Numbered from the stretch's first letter, positions 10,144 through 20,847 are shown. The stretch is DNA of 64,000 nucleotides from Candidatus Saccharicenans sp. (GCA_030017715.1 JASEIU010000001.1:146677-210676), one strand, 5' to 3'. Made by a program: numbers and translations. Notes: generated from the letters alone by a model not told the origin.

Positions 10144-11463
10144 ATGTTCGAACAGCTTACCGAAAAATTGCAGAAAACCCTCAAGTACATCCGGGGCGAA
10201 GGCAAAATTACCGAAAAGAACATTGCCGAAGCCCTGAAAATGATCCGTCTGGCCTTCCTGGAAGCGGACGTCAATTACAAGGTGGTTAAAGAATTTGAAG
10301 CCCGGGTGAAGGCCAGGGCCCTGAACCAGGAAGTTATGTTGAGCCTGACCCCGGCCCAGCAGTTCATCAAAATCGTCAGGGATGAACTGACTGCAATCCT
10401 GGGCCAGGAAGCAAAGCCTCTGAGCTTTGCCGGCCGTCCGCCTTCGGTCTTTATGCTGGTCGGGCTTCAGGGCAGCGGCAAGACCACCACCTCCGGCAAG
10501 CTGGCTCGCCATGTGAAGGGATCAGGCCGGAATCCGCTTCTGGTTTCTTTTGACCTGAAAAGGCTGGCCGCCCAGGAGCAGTTGCGGATAATCTCAAAAT
10601 CGCTGAATCTGCCTTTTTACGAAATGACCGCGGAGAAGATGAAAAACCCGGCCGAGGCTCTGAAAGAACTGATGACTCACACCAGGAACCGGGGTTATGA
10701 CCCGCTCATCGTGGACACCGCCGGCCGTTTGCACATCGACGATGAGCTGATGGAAGAGCTGAGGCTGGTTCGGGAAATCCTGGAACCGACCGAGGTGATT
10801 TATGTGGGCGATGCCATGACCGGGCAGGATGCGGTGCGCAGCGCTCAGGCTTTTGAGGAGAGAATCGGCCTGACTTCTGTCATCCTGACCAAGCTCGACG
10901 GCGACGCCAGGGGCGGAGCCGCACTGTCGATTGTCTATGTGACTCATAAACCCGTAAAATTCATCGGGGTCGGCGAAAAGTTTGATAAGCTTGAAGTTTT
11001 CCACCCCGACCGAATGGCTTCGAGAATCCTGGGCCTGGGCGATATACTGAGCCTGATTGAAAGGGCCGAACAGGAAGCCGACCTGAAGGAAGCCGAGGAG
11101 ATCGCCAGAAAGATTAAAAAACAACAGTTCACCCTGGAAGATTTCCGCAAGCAACTCCAGCAGCTAAAGAAGATGGGCAGCCTGTCCGGCCTCCTTGACC
11201 TTCTCCCCAAAGCCGGGCCCTTTAAGAAAATCGGCCATCTGGACGTGGACGACAAGAAGCTTGTCTATTTTGAAGCTATCATCAACTCGATGACGCCGGG
11301 CGAGCGAGAAAATCCCCGGATAATCGACGGCCGGAGGCGGGCCAGGATTGCCCGGGGCAGCGGCCGGCCGGTTCAGGAAGTTAACCAGCTTCTCAAGCAG
11401 TTCTTCGAAATGGAAAAGCTGCTGAAAAAGAGCGATTTCCAGAAGCTCATGAAAAATATCTAA
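10144..11463 (+). CDS. ffh: signal recognition particle protein Ffh
   Basis: The start is set at MFEQLTEKLQ, the conserved Ffh N-terminus. It has GLQGSGKTTT, DTAGR, TKLDGDARGG and a Met-rich M domain. The ORF-track extension from 9931 has no Ffh-like sequence. Confidence 0.9.
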   Translation: MFEQLTEKLQKTLKYIRGEGKITEKNIAEALKMIRLAFLEADVNYKVVKEFEARVKARALNQEVMLSLTPAQQFIKIVRDELTAILGQEAKPLSFAGRPPSVFMLVGLQGSGKTTTSGKLARHVKGSGRNPLLVSFDLKRLAAQEQLRIISKSLNLPFYEMTAEKMKNPAEALKELMTHTRNRGYDPLIVDTAGRLHIDDELMEELRLVREILEPTEVIYVGDAMTGQDAVRSAQAFEERIGLTSVILTKLDGDARGGAALSIVYVTHKPVKFIGVGEKFDKLEVFHPDRMASRILGLGDILSLIERAEQEADLKEAEEIARKIKKQQFTLEDFRKQLQQLKKMGSLSGLLDLLPKAGPFKKIGHLDVDDKKLVYFEAIINSMTPGERENPRIIDGRRRARIARGSGRPVQEVNQLLKQFFEMEKLLKKSDFQKLMKNI

Positions 11464-11526
11464 CGGAAAAATCAGGCTGGCGGTCCTGGAGTGGCGGCTC
11501 AAAATAACTTTTCTAAATCCGGAGTT

Positions 11527-12255
11527 TTATAGCTTCAGGTAGCCGAGGAAATAAAGAATTCCCAGAATTACCGGTTGGTGCAGGAGATATATCCACAGAG
11601 AGTGGCGGCCGCACCAGTTGAAGAAAGTCGGCCGAAGCTCTCTCGAGAACAGGCCTTTTTTTGATGTATATAACCAGCGTCCCAGGGCGACGCCGACCAG
11701 GAAAACCCCCAGCCAAGGAATCAGCGGGAAATAATCAAACGAGGCAAAATCCGGGCGGTGGAGTCCGAGCGGCAGCAGCCAGTTGGAATCTAGGGACATT
11801 ATCCTGCTGGCTGCGGGCAGCAGAGCGCTCAGGGCGGCTATGATTATCCCGGTCACCAGGCAGGCCACGGCTCCAGATTTCTTGAAGAACAGGCCATAAA
11901 TCAGCGCCGAGACTCCCAGGCAATGGATAATACCGAACAGGATAACCGACCCGGAATCGAAAACATAGGTGACGGCGCTAATCACCAGGGCCACGGCCAG
12001 GTATTTGAGACTCCGCCGGAAGTTGTTCTGGCTGAAATTGGAACTGATACCGGACAGAATGACGAACAGGCCGGCAAAAGAATGCTGGGCCACAAGCCAG
12101 GCGGGTGTGGTCAGGTCGGTGGTGAAGCCCAGGAATTTTTCCAGGCCGGCGAAATCTCCCAGGTCGTAAAGGAGATGGTAGCCGACCATAAGGACAATAG
12201 CCAGTCCGCGCAGGAAATCAATTTCCCAGATACGGGGAGAACTGTCGTCGGTCAC
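11527..12255 (-). CDS. DUF1624 / heparan-alpha-glucosaminide N-acetyltransferase-like membrane protein
   Basis: IWEIDFLRGLAIVLMVGYHLLYDL plus multiple TM helices. Confidence 0.65.
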   Translation of the reverse strand: MTDDSSPRIWEIDFLRGLAIVLMVGYHLLYDLGDFAGLEKFLGFTTDLTTPAWLVAQHSFAGLFVILSGISSNFSQNNFRRSLKYLAVALVISAVTYVFDSGSVILFGIIHCLGVSALIYGLFFKKSGAVACLVTGIIIAALSALLPAASRIMSLDSNWLLPLGLHRPDFASFDYFPLIPWLGVFLVGVALGRWLYTSKKGLFSRELRPTFFNWCGRHSLWIYLLHQPVILGILYFLGYLKL

Positions 12256-12472
12256 GCCGCTGAGTATATTATGTCTCCCCGATTTCAGTCAAGAACGCCT
12301 CCTGACAAGAGGCAGCTGAAAGGAGTGCGGGCGGGAAAATTCCGGCTGCGGCTATCTGTGAGTCGGCCTGGAGATTTTATCTCGTGTGCTTGCTGAAGGC
12401 GGCCGTCAACTGGCTCAAAAGCGGAAGAATTTCTGCCGGCGCCGAGCCTGTTTATCAAGCCGGCCGGTATTT

Positions 12473-12500
12473 TTGACAGCCGCTCGCCTGCTGGTATATA
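12473..12500 (+). promoter_or_regulatory. sigma70-like promoter, TTGACA-N16-TATATA
   Basis: Read directly. It sits about 70 nt upstream of the serine hydrolase ATG (RBS AAGGAGAGG). Confidence 0.5.
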
Positions 12501-12569
12501 GTCGGAATTTGAAAAAGCGATTGTCTTAATGAAGTCCGGTCAAGAAAGAATATTGATAAAGGAGAGGAA

Positions 12570-13883
12570 ATGAAAATATTGAAAAGCCCTCAATCCGTGA
12601 ACAGGCTGGCAGGCTTTATTCTTCTGGTTATTGCTTTAAGCTCTTTGGCCTGGTCGGCCGCGCTGCCGGTGGCCCGCCCGGCTGAGGTCGGTCTGTCGGC
12701 CAGCCGGCTGGAGCGGCTCGGCCGGGTGCTTCAGAGTTATTGCGATGAGAAAGGCGCCCCCGGGATGGTCGTTCTTGTGGCCCGCAACGGCCGGGTAGCT
12801 TATCATCGTTCATTCGGGAAGTTCAGACTTGACCGGTCGGAACCGATGCCCGCCGAGGCCATTTTCCGCATCGCTTCCCAGTCCAAAGCAGTGACCTCGG
12901 TGGCGGTTATGATGCTGATGGAAGAAGGCCGGCTGCTTCTGGACGACCCGGTGTCAAAATATATTCCAGAATTTAAAGAGACCTACGTGGCCATGAAAGC
13001 CGACAACAAAGAGGCCAGGGGTTACAGCCTGGTTCCGGCTAAAAGGCAGATTACGGTCCGCGACCTGCTGACCCACACCGCCGGAATTTCATATGGAGAC
13101 GGCCCGGCGAAAGAGGAATATCTGAAAGCCGGAATTCACGGCTGGTTTTTGACCGATAAAGATATGACCATCGGCGAGTTGGTCAGGAAACTGGCCGGGC
13201 TGCCTTTTGATGCCCAGCCCGGCGAAAAGTTCGTTTACGGTTACAACACCGATATTCTGGGGCACCTGGTGGAAGTGGTTTCGGGGCTGACTCTGGCCGA
13301 GTTTGTAGAAAAGAGGATAACCGGGCCGCTGGGAATGCGGGATACCCATTTCTTTCTGCCGGAGAGCAAGGCTTCGAGATTGACCCCGGCTTACGGAGCG
13401 GACGATAAAGGGAAGCTTCAGATGACCGAAGACCCGGCCAGAAGCCCTTACCTCTACGGTCCCAGGAAATGTTATTCCGGCGGAGCCGGGCTGGTCTCGA
13501 CGGCCGAGGATTACGCCCGCTTTCTGCTGATGCTCCAGAATGGAGGCGAGCTGGGCGGGACGCGGCTTCTGAGCCCGAAGTCGGTCGAGCTCATGACCGC
13601 CGACCATGTCGGGCAGCTCTACTCGGGCGGCAACACCGGCTTTGGCCTCGGTTTCTGGGTGACCAAAAACCTGGGCGCCTCCGGCCTCCCGGGAACAGTT
13701 GGCGCTTACGGCTGGGGCGGAGCCTATTTTACCAGCTACTGGGTCGACCCGGCCGAAAAGCTGGTGGCGGTGTTCATGATCCAGGTGCTGCCGGTGCCGG
13801 GCAGCCTCAGCGACCTGCAGAACAAGTTCAGGACTCTGGTTTACCAGTCCATTGAGAAGTCTTATTCCTTTAAGAATAACTGA
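12570..13883 (+). CDS. secreted serine hydrolase, beta-lactamase/esterase (class C-like) family
   Basis: It has a signal peptide and an S-x-x-K motif (ASQSK). The length is typical for this family. Confidence 0.8.
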   Translation: MKILKSPQSVNRLAGFILLVIALSSLAWSAALPVARPAEVGLSASRLERLGRVLQSYCDEKGAPGMVVLVARNGRVAYHRSFGKFRLDRSEPMPAEAIFRIASQSKAVTSVAVMMLMEEGRLLLDDPVSKYIPEFKETYVAMKADNKEARGYSLVPAKRQITVRDLLTHTAGISYGDGPAKEEYLKAGIHGWFLTDKDMTIGELVRKLAGLPFDAQPGEKFVYGYNTDILGHLVEVVSGLTLAEFVEKRITGPLGMRDTHFFLPESKASRLTPAYGADDKGKLQMTEDPARSPYLYGPRKCYSGGAGLVSTAEDYARFLLMLQNGGELGGTRLLSPKSVELMTADHVGQLYSGGNTGFGLGFWVTKNLGASGLPGTVGAYGWGGAYFTSYWVDPAEKLVAVFMIQVLPVPGSLSDLQNKFRTLVYQSIEKSYSFKNN

Positions 13884-14006
13884 ATCCTGGCCGAAAAAGG
13901 ATTCAGCCGACTGTCCGTCCTGACCGGGGAAGCTGGCAGTCGGTCCGGCGGCCCGAATTACGAACAGAGAATTTTTGGCGCCTGAAAAAGAGGGGCTATA
14001 AAATAA

Positions 14007-14028
14007 TATATGAATGAATCTTCATATA
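14007..14028. promoter_or_regulatory. palindromic operator site 1: TATATGAA-tgaatc-TTCATATA
   Basis: Perfect 8-6-8 inverted repeat. A TATAAT hexamer at 14025-14030 overlaps the right arm. It lies about 175 nt upstream of the ORF at 14202. Confidence 0.6.
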
Positions 14029-14201
14029 ATAAAATTTTCGGGCCGATAATCTTGAATCCCGGCCGGCGACAGCGGGGGCTGGTGTAACCCGGCCGTTATT
14101 ATCCGGGCAAGTGCTTCAACTGCGGGCCGAAATGGGCTAAACTTACTGGCTTAAACAGGAATCAGCAGCCTGAAAGCCTTGAGCCCGGGACGGCTCCGAT
14201 A

Positions 14202-15476
14202 ATGAAGATCAGAGCCGCGGGCAATCCGGACCGGGCGGTCGACATCCCCCGTCTGGTCCGGACGGAGTTCGGAAGATTTTCTGTCCGGGAGGATAAAACA
14301 TTGGAAAGCAGAATTGAAGAGAAAGATTTATGGGAAAAGGTCAGGGCCGAATTTCTGCTCGACCCGGGCCAGGTTTTTTTTAACACCGGCACCCTGGGCG
14401 CCATGCCCCGGCGGGTATTTGACCGGGTGGTCAGCCATCTGCGGCTGACGGCCGAGAGAATTGCCGAGTGGGATTACTACGGGCCCGACTGGATTTCAGG
14501 CTACCAGCCCTGGACTGAAATCAGGGAAAAAATCGCCCGCCTGTTGAACTGTGAGGTCAAAGAAATCGCCCTGACCGAAAACGCCACGGCCGGAATGAAT
14601 TACCTTTCGAACGGACTGGACCTTAAACCCGGAGATGAGGTCCTGGGAACCGACCAGGAACATCCCGGCGGCGAGTCCGGCTGGAAACTTAAGGCTGCTC
14701 GCTGCGGTGTTATCTATCGTCAATTGCCGCTGGGAAAACCGATCAATTGGCCGCAGGAAGTAATAGAGACTTTCGTCAGAGCCATGGGACCCCGAACCAG
14801 GGTTCTGGCCGTGCCCCATATGATAACCGGAAGCGGGGCTATTCTGCCGATTAAAGAGCTCTGCGCCGAGTGCCGGAAGCGGGGGATTATTACTGTTATT
14901 GACGGCGCCCAGACTGTCGGCCAGATAAAGGTTGACCTGGAGGACCTGGGCTGCGATGCCTATTACGGCAGTTTTCACAAGTGGCTCTGCGCCCCGGCCG
15001 GAAACGGATTTTTATATCTCAGGCAGGACAGGGCCCCGGAAGTCTGGACCACCCTGGCCAGCACCCAGTGGGACAACCGGGAAGACCACGGCTTCCGTCT
15101 CAGCCAGCGGGGAACCGGCAATCTGTCGCTTCTCTTTGGCCTGGATGAAGCCCTCGATTTTCATTTTGAACTCGGCCCGGAGCGGGTTTATGCCCGGATC
15201 AAAGACCTGGGCGATTACCTGAGAGCCAGGTTGCGGGAAATTTCCCGAATTAAAATCTTAACCCCGTTGCACCCCGAAATGGCGGCCGGCATCACCGTTT
15301 ACAGCCTGGAAGGGTTGCCGGCGAATTACATCCAGGATGAACTCTGGAAACGCGGACGGCTGCGGCCGCGGGCGCTGGGAGACGGGTCCGGAGTGCGTCA
15401 GTCCACCCATATCTATAATTCTTTTGCCGAAATCGACCGGACGGTCGACATTTTGAAGGACCTGGCCGGCAAATAA
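14202..15476 (+). CDS. class V aminotransferase-fold PLP enzyme (cysteine desulfurase / isopenicillin-N-epimerase-like)
   Basis: FFNTGTLGAMPRRV, GAQTVGQIKVDL and SFHKWLCAP (the PLP lysine context). The exact start is uncertain. Confidence 0.75.
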   Translation: MKIRAAGNPDRAVDIPRLVRTEFGRFSVREDKTLESRIEEKDLWEKVRAEFLLDPGQVFFNTGTLGAMPRRVFDRVVSHLRLTAERIAEWDYYGPDWISGYQPWTEIREKIARLLNCEVKEIALTENATAGMNYLSNGLDLKPGDEVLGTDQEHPGGESGWKLKAARCGVIYRQLPLGKPINWPQEVIETFVRAMGPRTRVLAVPHMITGSGAILPIKELCAECRKRGIITVIDGAQTVGQIKVDLEDLGCDAYYGSFHKWLCAPAGNGFLYLRQDRAPEVWTTLASTQWDNREDHGFRLSQRGTGNLSLLFGLDEALDFHFELGPERVYARIKDLGDYLRARLREISRIKILTPLHPEMAAGITVYSLEGLPANYIQDELWKRGRLRPRALGDGSGVRQSTHIYNSFAEIDRTVDILKDLAGK

Positions 15477-15502
15477 ATAATGCCTGGCGGCCGGCATAAA
15501 TT

Positions 15503-16009
15503 TTAAAATATTACGAAGACCAGAAGCTCGGCGATCAGGGCCGGCTTGGGGTTGCCGTCTATCTCCAGGGTGTTTTCAATTTTCACCAGCCAGCGGCGGA
15601 ATCCTTTGCGCCTGATTTCCTTGAGCACGGCCCGGTTTCTGATGCGGTCGCCCGGTTTGACCGGCTGGATGAACCTGATCCGGTCGAGACCGTAATTAAA
15701 AACCATCCGGACCTTGATCCTGGCCAGAGGCGATTGAGACAGAAAATGCGGCAGCAGAGACAGAAGCAGGAAGCCGTGGGCGATGGTGCTCCGGAGTGGA
15801 CTCCTGGCTGCCCTTTCGGCATCGACATGAATCCACTGATGGTCTTCGGTGCAGTCGGCAAAGGCGTTGATTCGGTCCTGGGTCATGGTCAGCCAGTCGG
15901 AGAGACAGAATTCCTGGCCGAGCAGTTTCTTGAGATGGCGAGGCTTCATGGTTCTTTCTTCCGGCTCCGACCCGCCGGAGCCGCCAATCTTCTCATCGCT
16001 CATGTTCAC
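15503..16009 (-). CDS. MaoC-like (R)-specific enoyl-CoA hydratase/dehydratase
   Basis: Hot-dog fold string FADCTEDHQWIHVDAERAARSPLRSTIAHGFLLLSL. Confidence 0.8.
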   Translation of the reverse strand: MNMSDEKIGGSGGSEPEERTMKPRHLKKLLGQEFCLSDWLTMTQDRINAFADCTEDHQWIHVDAERAARSPLRSTIAHGFLLLSLLPHFLSQSPLARIKVRMVFNYGLDRIRFIQPVKPGDRIRNRAVLKEIRRKGFRRWLVKIENTLEIDGNPKPALIAELLVFVIF

Positions 16010-16165
16010 CTACCCGCGCCCCGGTCAGGCCAGACCCGGTCTGGCTGACCCGGGAGACCTCCGGGCCGTTTGGCCGCTTTTTCCGCCCGAGGCCTTCCGG
16101 AAACCTTTCTGTTTCGGGCATAATATATCTACTCGATTTTCAGCTTGACTTCAACCTTATTTAAT

Positions 16166-16187
16166 CATATGAAGATTTATTCATATA
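16166..16187. promoter_or_regulatory. palindromic operator site 2: cATATGAA-gattta-TTCATATA
   Basis: It has the same motif as site 1. It lies about 157 nt upstream of the MaoC start, on the gene-proximal side of the hrpA-MaoC spacer. Confidence 0.55.
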
Positions 16188-16370
16188 TCACCGGCCCGAT
16201 TAAGCCTGTTCCGGTCAGGGAATAGACCCGGGGCCAAAGAAATCAATCCCGCCGGCCGATAATAGAAGCTGGCCCAAACCGGGCCGTATAGAAAGTTATA
16301 GAGCGAACTGGTTTAGCTTATTTCAGCCGGACTGGTGTTTTATGGTCGTCATGGAAAGGGGAAAGCAATC

Positions 16371-19300
16371 CTAACTCTCCGTCAGCAGCGCTTCTATTTC
16401 TCTGACTTTGGCCGCCAGGCGCTTGGCGCTGACCGGGAAAGCGGTTTTGATTTCGGGGGCGAAGAGCGAAATCTTGAATTCTTCTATCATCCAGCGAAAT
16501 TCAAAGAGCCATTTTTCTTTTTCCGGTCCCGGCTTCTTCCGGGCCAGCCGGAGCAGACGCTCGTGTTCGGCCAGAAAAGGTTCCACCTGGGCGGCCTTGG
16601 CCCGGTCTTTCTCGGCTGACAGCCTGACCCGTTCGGCCCGCAGGCCCAGGGCCTGCACCATCCGCGGCAGGCGAGCCAGGAAATCTGAAGGATATGCGGT
16701 CAGGAAGTCTTCCGGCACCAGCCGGGCCAGTTCTTCCCTGAGCATTTCCGGCAGGGTGGAGCTGACCCCAAGTTTTTTCCTGGCTTCTTCCATCTCCCGG
16801 ATCAATCCCTGGGTTTTCCGGTACTCCTGGAGTATTTCCTCGACGGTGGCGAACACCCGGTGTCCGGTTTCAAAAAGCTGTTTCAGGGCGCTGTCCCTGA
16901 TAAAAGCCTGGAGTTCTTCCCGGCGCCTGAAATTTTTTTGAAACACTTCGGTTTTGATTCTTTGCAGGATTCGTTTCTTTAAGGTTGTTTCACCCCCGAA
17001 AAAGAGCATCACCGGTCGCAGGTCCTCGGGAAAAGCATAGCTTCGAGAGATGAAATTCAGGTCTTTTTGAAATTGCCGGCTTAAAATTTCTTCCATGGCC
17101 CGGAGATGGGACTGCCTGGCCTGTTCGGCGCTCCTGAATAGCCGGACTTCAAACTCCTGACCGCTGACGGAGAGCGCCGGGTAGCCTGTCAGGAAATCAT
17201 CTATGGCCACTTCTTCCGGAATTTCCGGCAGGGTTTCTTCCCAGCCGCCGGGGCTTTTCTTTTCCCACCTGGCCCGGGCCTGGAGCCAGCCGGGGGATTC
17301 TTCGGCCGCCGGCTGAGCCGTCCGGCTGCTGAGCATTTTCTTCAGAAAACCGAGGTCACGGCTGCTTAGAATTTCCTGGCCGGCTTCATTGACGACCGAG
17401 ATTCTCATTTTAAGATAACGCGGGATTTCCAGTTTTTCCCAGACCTCACGGGGCATTTCCAGCCCGAAACGGTCTTTAAGCAGCGCAGCCAGGGCGGCGA
17501 AAAACGAAACGGGGGCCGCCTTGAGTTCGCGGGCCATCTGCTCGGCTTTTTCGCCCAGCGGTTGCAGGAGGCGGCGATACTCCTTGGGCAGCGCTTTGAG
17601 ACAGTTTTCCACCTTTTCCTGGAGCATTCCCGGGACCGGCCATGTCAGCAGGGCTTCCGGAATGTGGTCTATGAGTCTCCGGGGAACCAATATCGTTACT
17701 CCGTCGTCATCTTCGCCCGGGGCAAAACGATATTTAAGCTGATAGGTCTGACCGAGAATTTTCAGACTGTCGGGATATTTTTCCACCAGCTCCTTTTCCG
17801 GGCGGAAGAGGTAGAGGTCTTCTTCTTTAAGGCGCAGAAAATCATCTCCGCCGGCGTTTTTAATCCTGTGTTCCAGTCCCTCCAGGCTATAAACTCCCTG
17901 CAGCCGCCCGGAGTAAAAGTCAAAAAGGTACTGTTCCGGGATCAGAATGTTTCGCTGGCGGAGTTTATCTTCAAGCAGGCGCACCCCGGCCACCAGCCGG
18001 TGGTTGTGTTCCAGGAACGGCAGGCGGCGGTTAACCTGGTTCTTGACCAGCGCCTGATCCACGAAGATTTCATGGGCCAGGGCCGGGTCCTGGCGACCGA
18101 AAGGCACGTCGCGCCCGCTGATTATCGACAGGTTGAAAATGGTCACTCTTTCTTTGGCCCTGACCTGGCCCCGGTTCTGGTCCCAGTACGGTTCTTCGTA
18201 GGAGTAATGGCAGAGGTGCGGAGCCAGTTCTTCCGCCCAGGCCGGAGAGATGCGGGCTGCGGTCCGCAGGTAAAGTCGGTTGGTTCTGATGAGCTCGGCG
18301 GCCACCACCCAGGAAGGCGGTTTCCGGAAAAGAGCCGAGCCGGGCCAGAGCATGGCTTCCTGACCCCTGGCCACCTCATAAACATTCTTTTCTTTATGGG
18401 CAGCCAGGTGGGAAATAAAACCGCTCAGGATGGATTTGTGGACGGCGGTATAACGGTCGGAATCACCGGCCCGGGATTTTCCCGTTCCGGCGCCCCTGAT
18501 TTTCTGTTCTTCCAGGATTTCTAAAATCTGGTTGTGGACAAAGAGCCATTCGCGCAGGCGGTTATAAGAAAGGAAATAATCGCGGGCCAATTTCTTCAAG
18601 GCGGGGCCGGAACCCTGGTTTTGGGCGGCACCCTGGACGGCCTGCCATAAATTAGAGAAAGTCAGAAAATCCGATTCCGGGTGCTGAAAGACAGACTGCG
18701 CCCGGTCGGCATCGGCGGCTTTTTCCAGCGGCCGCAGGCGCGGGTCCTGGATGCTCAGGGCGGCGGCGATGACGGCCACCTCTTCCAGACACCCCAGCCG
18801 CTCGGCCTCGAGCAGCATTCGGGAAAGACGCGGGTCGAGCGGCAGGCGGGCCATCCGGAGGCCGAGTTCGGTTAGTTCATAACCGGAGTCGGTTTTTCCC
18901 ACTGCCCCGAGTTCAAGCAGCGTTCGGTAGCCGTCGCGCACGGCCCTGGCCGCCGGCGGGTCAAGGAACGGAAACCGGAGAGGGTCGCCCAGCTCCAGGT
19001 CCAGCATCCTGAGGATGACTTCGGCTAAGTTGCTGCGTAGAATTTCGGGCGGGGTGTGTTCCGGACGGGAGAGAAAATCCTCTTCGGAATAAAGTCGAAG
19101 ACAGAGTCCGGAGCTCACCCGGCCGCATCTCCCTTTTCTCTGCTCGGCGCTGGCTCTGGAAATCGGCAGGATCGGCAGGCTGTGAATTCCTGAAGAGCTC
19201 TGGTACTGAGAGATGCGGGCCAGCCCGGTATCAACCACATAGCCTATTCCCGGAATGGTCAGCGAAGTTTCAGCCACGTTCGTGGCCACGACGATTTTTC

Positions 19301-20411
19301 CCTGCTTAAGGTGATAAATCTGTTTCTGCTGGTGGGCGGGCATCCGGGCGTAGAGCGGCAGGACCACCGAATCAGGATAGTGTTTTCCCTGAAGTCGCTG
19401 GCAGGTCTCCAGGATGTCCTGCTCGGTCGGCATGAAAACGAGAATATCGCCCGGGGTTTTTTCTTTTTTTAAGAAATTGACGGCTTCCACCGCCAGGTCG
19501 ACGTAATCAGGTTCTTCCTTTTTCGAGCTGCGGTTTTCGGGCTGAAAATACATTACCTCGACCGGATACAGGCGGCCGCTGACCTTGAAGAGGGGCGGAT
19601 GGTTGAAGGCCTTCAGGAATTTTTCGATTTCCAGGGTGGCCGAGGTGATGATGAGGTGAAGCTCCGGCCGCTTTTCCAGCAACCGGCGGCAGAGACCGAT
19701 GAGAAAATCTATGTTCAGGCTGCGTTCGTGTGCTTCGTCGATGATGATGGTGTCGTAGTCGGTCAGCAGACGGTCGCCCTGGGTTTCAGCCAGGAGCATG
19801 CCGTCGGTAAGAATTTTGATGAAGGCCTCGGGGGAGGTGCGGTCCTGAAAGCGGATTTTATAGCCGACTACTTTCCCGAGGGGCTGGCCCAGTTCTTCGG
19901 AAATGCGCTGGGCGATAGTCATGGCGGCTAAGCGGCGCGGCTGGGTGCAGGCGATTTTTCCGGCCAGACCGCGTCCGGCTTCGAGACACATTTTCGGAAG
20001 CTGGGTGCTTTTGCCACAGCCGGTTTCTCCCGAAACCACGACCACCCGGTTCTCTTTTATTGCCCGGACAATTTCCTGGCGGTAGCGGTTGATCGGCAGT
20101 TCATGGGGATAGGACAGGCGGGGCTTTTTTCTGTTCCTGGCTCTTTTCTGTTCGACCGATTTTTCCAGGCGTTCTTTAAGTTTGCCCAGTAGATAGCTGG
20201 CTCTGGTCGGGTTGGTCCGGGGCAAGCGGCCGGTCAGGAGCTCAACCAGCTTTTTCTGAACCTCATAGGAGTCGCGGAGCATGGCTTCGGGCAGAAGCCG
20301 GGAGATTTCTTCTCGCAGGCGCAGAAATTCGGTTCTTGCGGCGACGGCCGCTCCGTTAGGAATTTCCTGTCTCCTGTCGGCACCCATATTTTTAAGCCTT
20401 TCAGCACTCAA
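16371..20411 (-). CDS. hrpA: ATP-dependent RNA helicase HrpA (DEAH-box)
   Basis: 1346 aa with GETGCGKSTQLP, IIIDEAHERS and HA2/OB regions. The ORF-track start is TTG at 20411; an ATG at 20387 is an alternative. Confidence 0.9.
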   Translation of the reverse strand: MSAERLKNMGADRRQEIPNGAAVAARTEFLRLREEISRLLPEAMLRDSYEVQKKLVELLTGRLPRTNPTRASYLLGKLKERLEKSVEQKRARNRKKPRLSYPHELPINRYRQEIVRAIKENRVVVVSGETGCGKSTQLPKMCLEAGRGLAGKIACTQPRRLAAMTIAQRISEELGQPLGKVVGYKIRFQDRTSPEAFIKILTDGMLLAETQGDRLLTDYDTIIIDEAHERSLNIDFLIGLCRRLLEKRPELHLIITSATLEIEKFLKAFNHPPLFKVSGRLYPVEVMYFQPENRSSKKEEPDYVDLAVEAVNFLKKEKTPGDILVFMPTEQDILETCQRLQGKHYPDSVVLPLYARMPAHQQKQIYHLKQGKIVVATNVAETSLTIPGIGYVVDTGLARISQYQSSSGIHSLPILPISRASAEQRKGRCGRVSSGLCLRLYSEEDFLSRPEHTPPEILRSNLAEVILRMLDLELGDPLRFPFLDPPAARAVRDGYRTLLELGAVGKTDSGYELTELGLRMARLPLDPRLSRMLLEAERLGCLEEVAVIAAALSIQDPRLRPLEKAADADRAQSVFQHPESDFLTFSNLWQAVQGAAQNQGSGPALKKLARDYFLSYNRLREWLFVHNQILEILEEQKIRGAGTGKSRAGDSDRYTAVHKSILSGFISHLAAHKEKNVYEVARGQEAMLWPGSALFRKPPSWVVAAELIRTNRLYLRTAARISPAWAEELAPHLCHYSYEEPYWDQNRGQVRAKERVTIFNLSIISGRDVPFGRQDPALAHEIFVDQALVKNQVNRRLPFLEHNHRLVAGVRLLEDKLRQRNILIPEQYLFDFYSGRLQGVYSLEGLEHRIKNAGGDDFLRLKEEDLYLFRPEKELVEKYPDSLKILGQTYQLKYRFAPGEDDDGVTILVPRRLIDHIPEALLTWPVPGMLQEKVENCLKALPKEYRRLLQPLGEKAEQMARELKAAPVSFFAALAALLKDRFGLEMPREVWEKLEIPRYLKMRISVVNEAGQEILSSRDLGFLKKMLSSRTAQPAAEESPGWLQARARWEKKSPGGWEETLPEIPEEVAIDDFLTGYPALSVSGQEFEVRLFRSAEQARQSHLRAMEEILSRQFQKDLNFISRSYAFPEDLRPVMLFFGGETTLKKRILQRIKTEVFQKNFRRREELQAFIRDSALKQLFETGHRVFATVEEILQEYRKTQGLIREMEEARKKLGVSSTLPEMLREELARLVPEDFLTAYPSDFLARLPRMVQALGLRAERVRLSAEKDRAKAAQVEPFLAEHERLLRLARKKPGPEKEKWLFEFRWMIEEFKISLFAPEIKTAFPVSAKRLAAKVREIEALLTES

Positions 20412-20847
20412 ATTTTAGCCTATTTTTTTGTCAACTGATATAACAATCGAAGATGAAATCTTGAGGGCCAGACAGAGGGCGACAATCAGGCGGTGAAGAA
20501 GACGATTTTTGAATAATTCTTGTTTATTTACAAAAAAGCTACCCCGGGCCGATTAAAATGGAGGATGTCGGCCTGTTTGATATCCGGGAGGGAAGAAAGT
20601 AAATCTGAAAATAAGTCAAAAATGCTTGAGCTTATTAATTGAGTCATCAGGATATCAGGCTGTTGTTCAGGGGAAGATAGAGGTTCAAGAATTGGCGACT
20701 GGCAAGACAAAGGCCTGATTCAGGGTGAGTTCTTGAGGGTTGAGAATCTGCGAGGCAGATATCTTCGCCCAAAAAGTGAACTGAAGTTTATATATCGTTC
20801 GATTGCCTGATTAAGCCAAAACGCTTAAAGCGCTGCGATAATCTATG

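Noticed and set aside
20412-20427. A 16-nt exact match, attttagcctattttt, shared with 60202-60217 (the hrpA and rpsP upstream regions).
   Set aside because: The sequence is AT-rich, roughly one or two such matches are expected by chance in 2 x 64 kb, and the orientation relative to the two genes differs.
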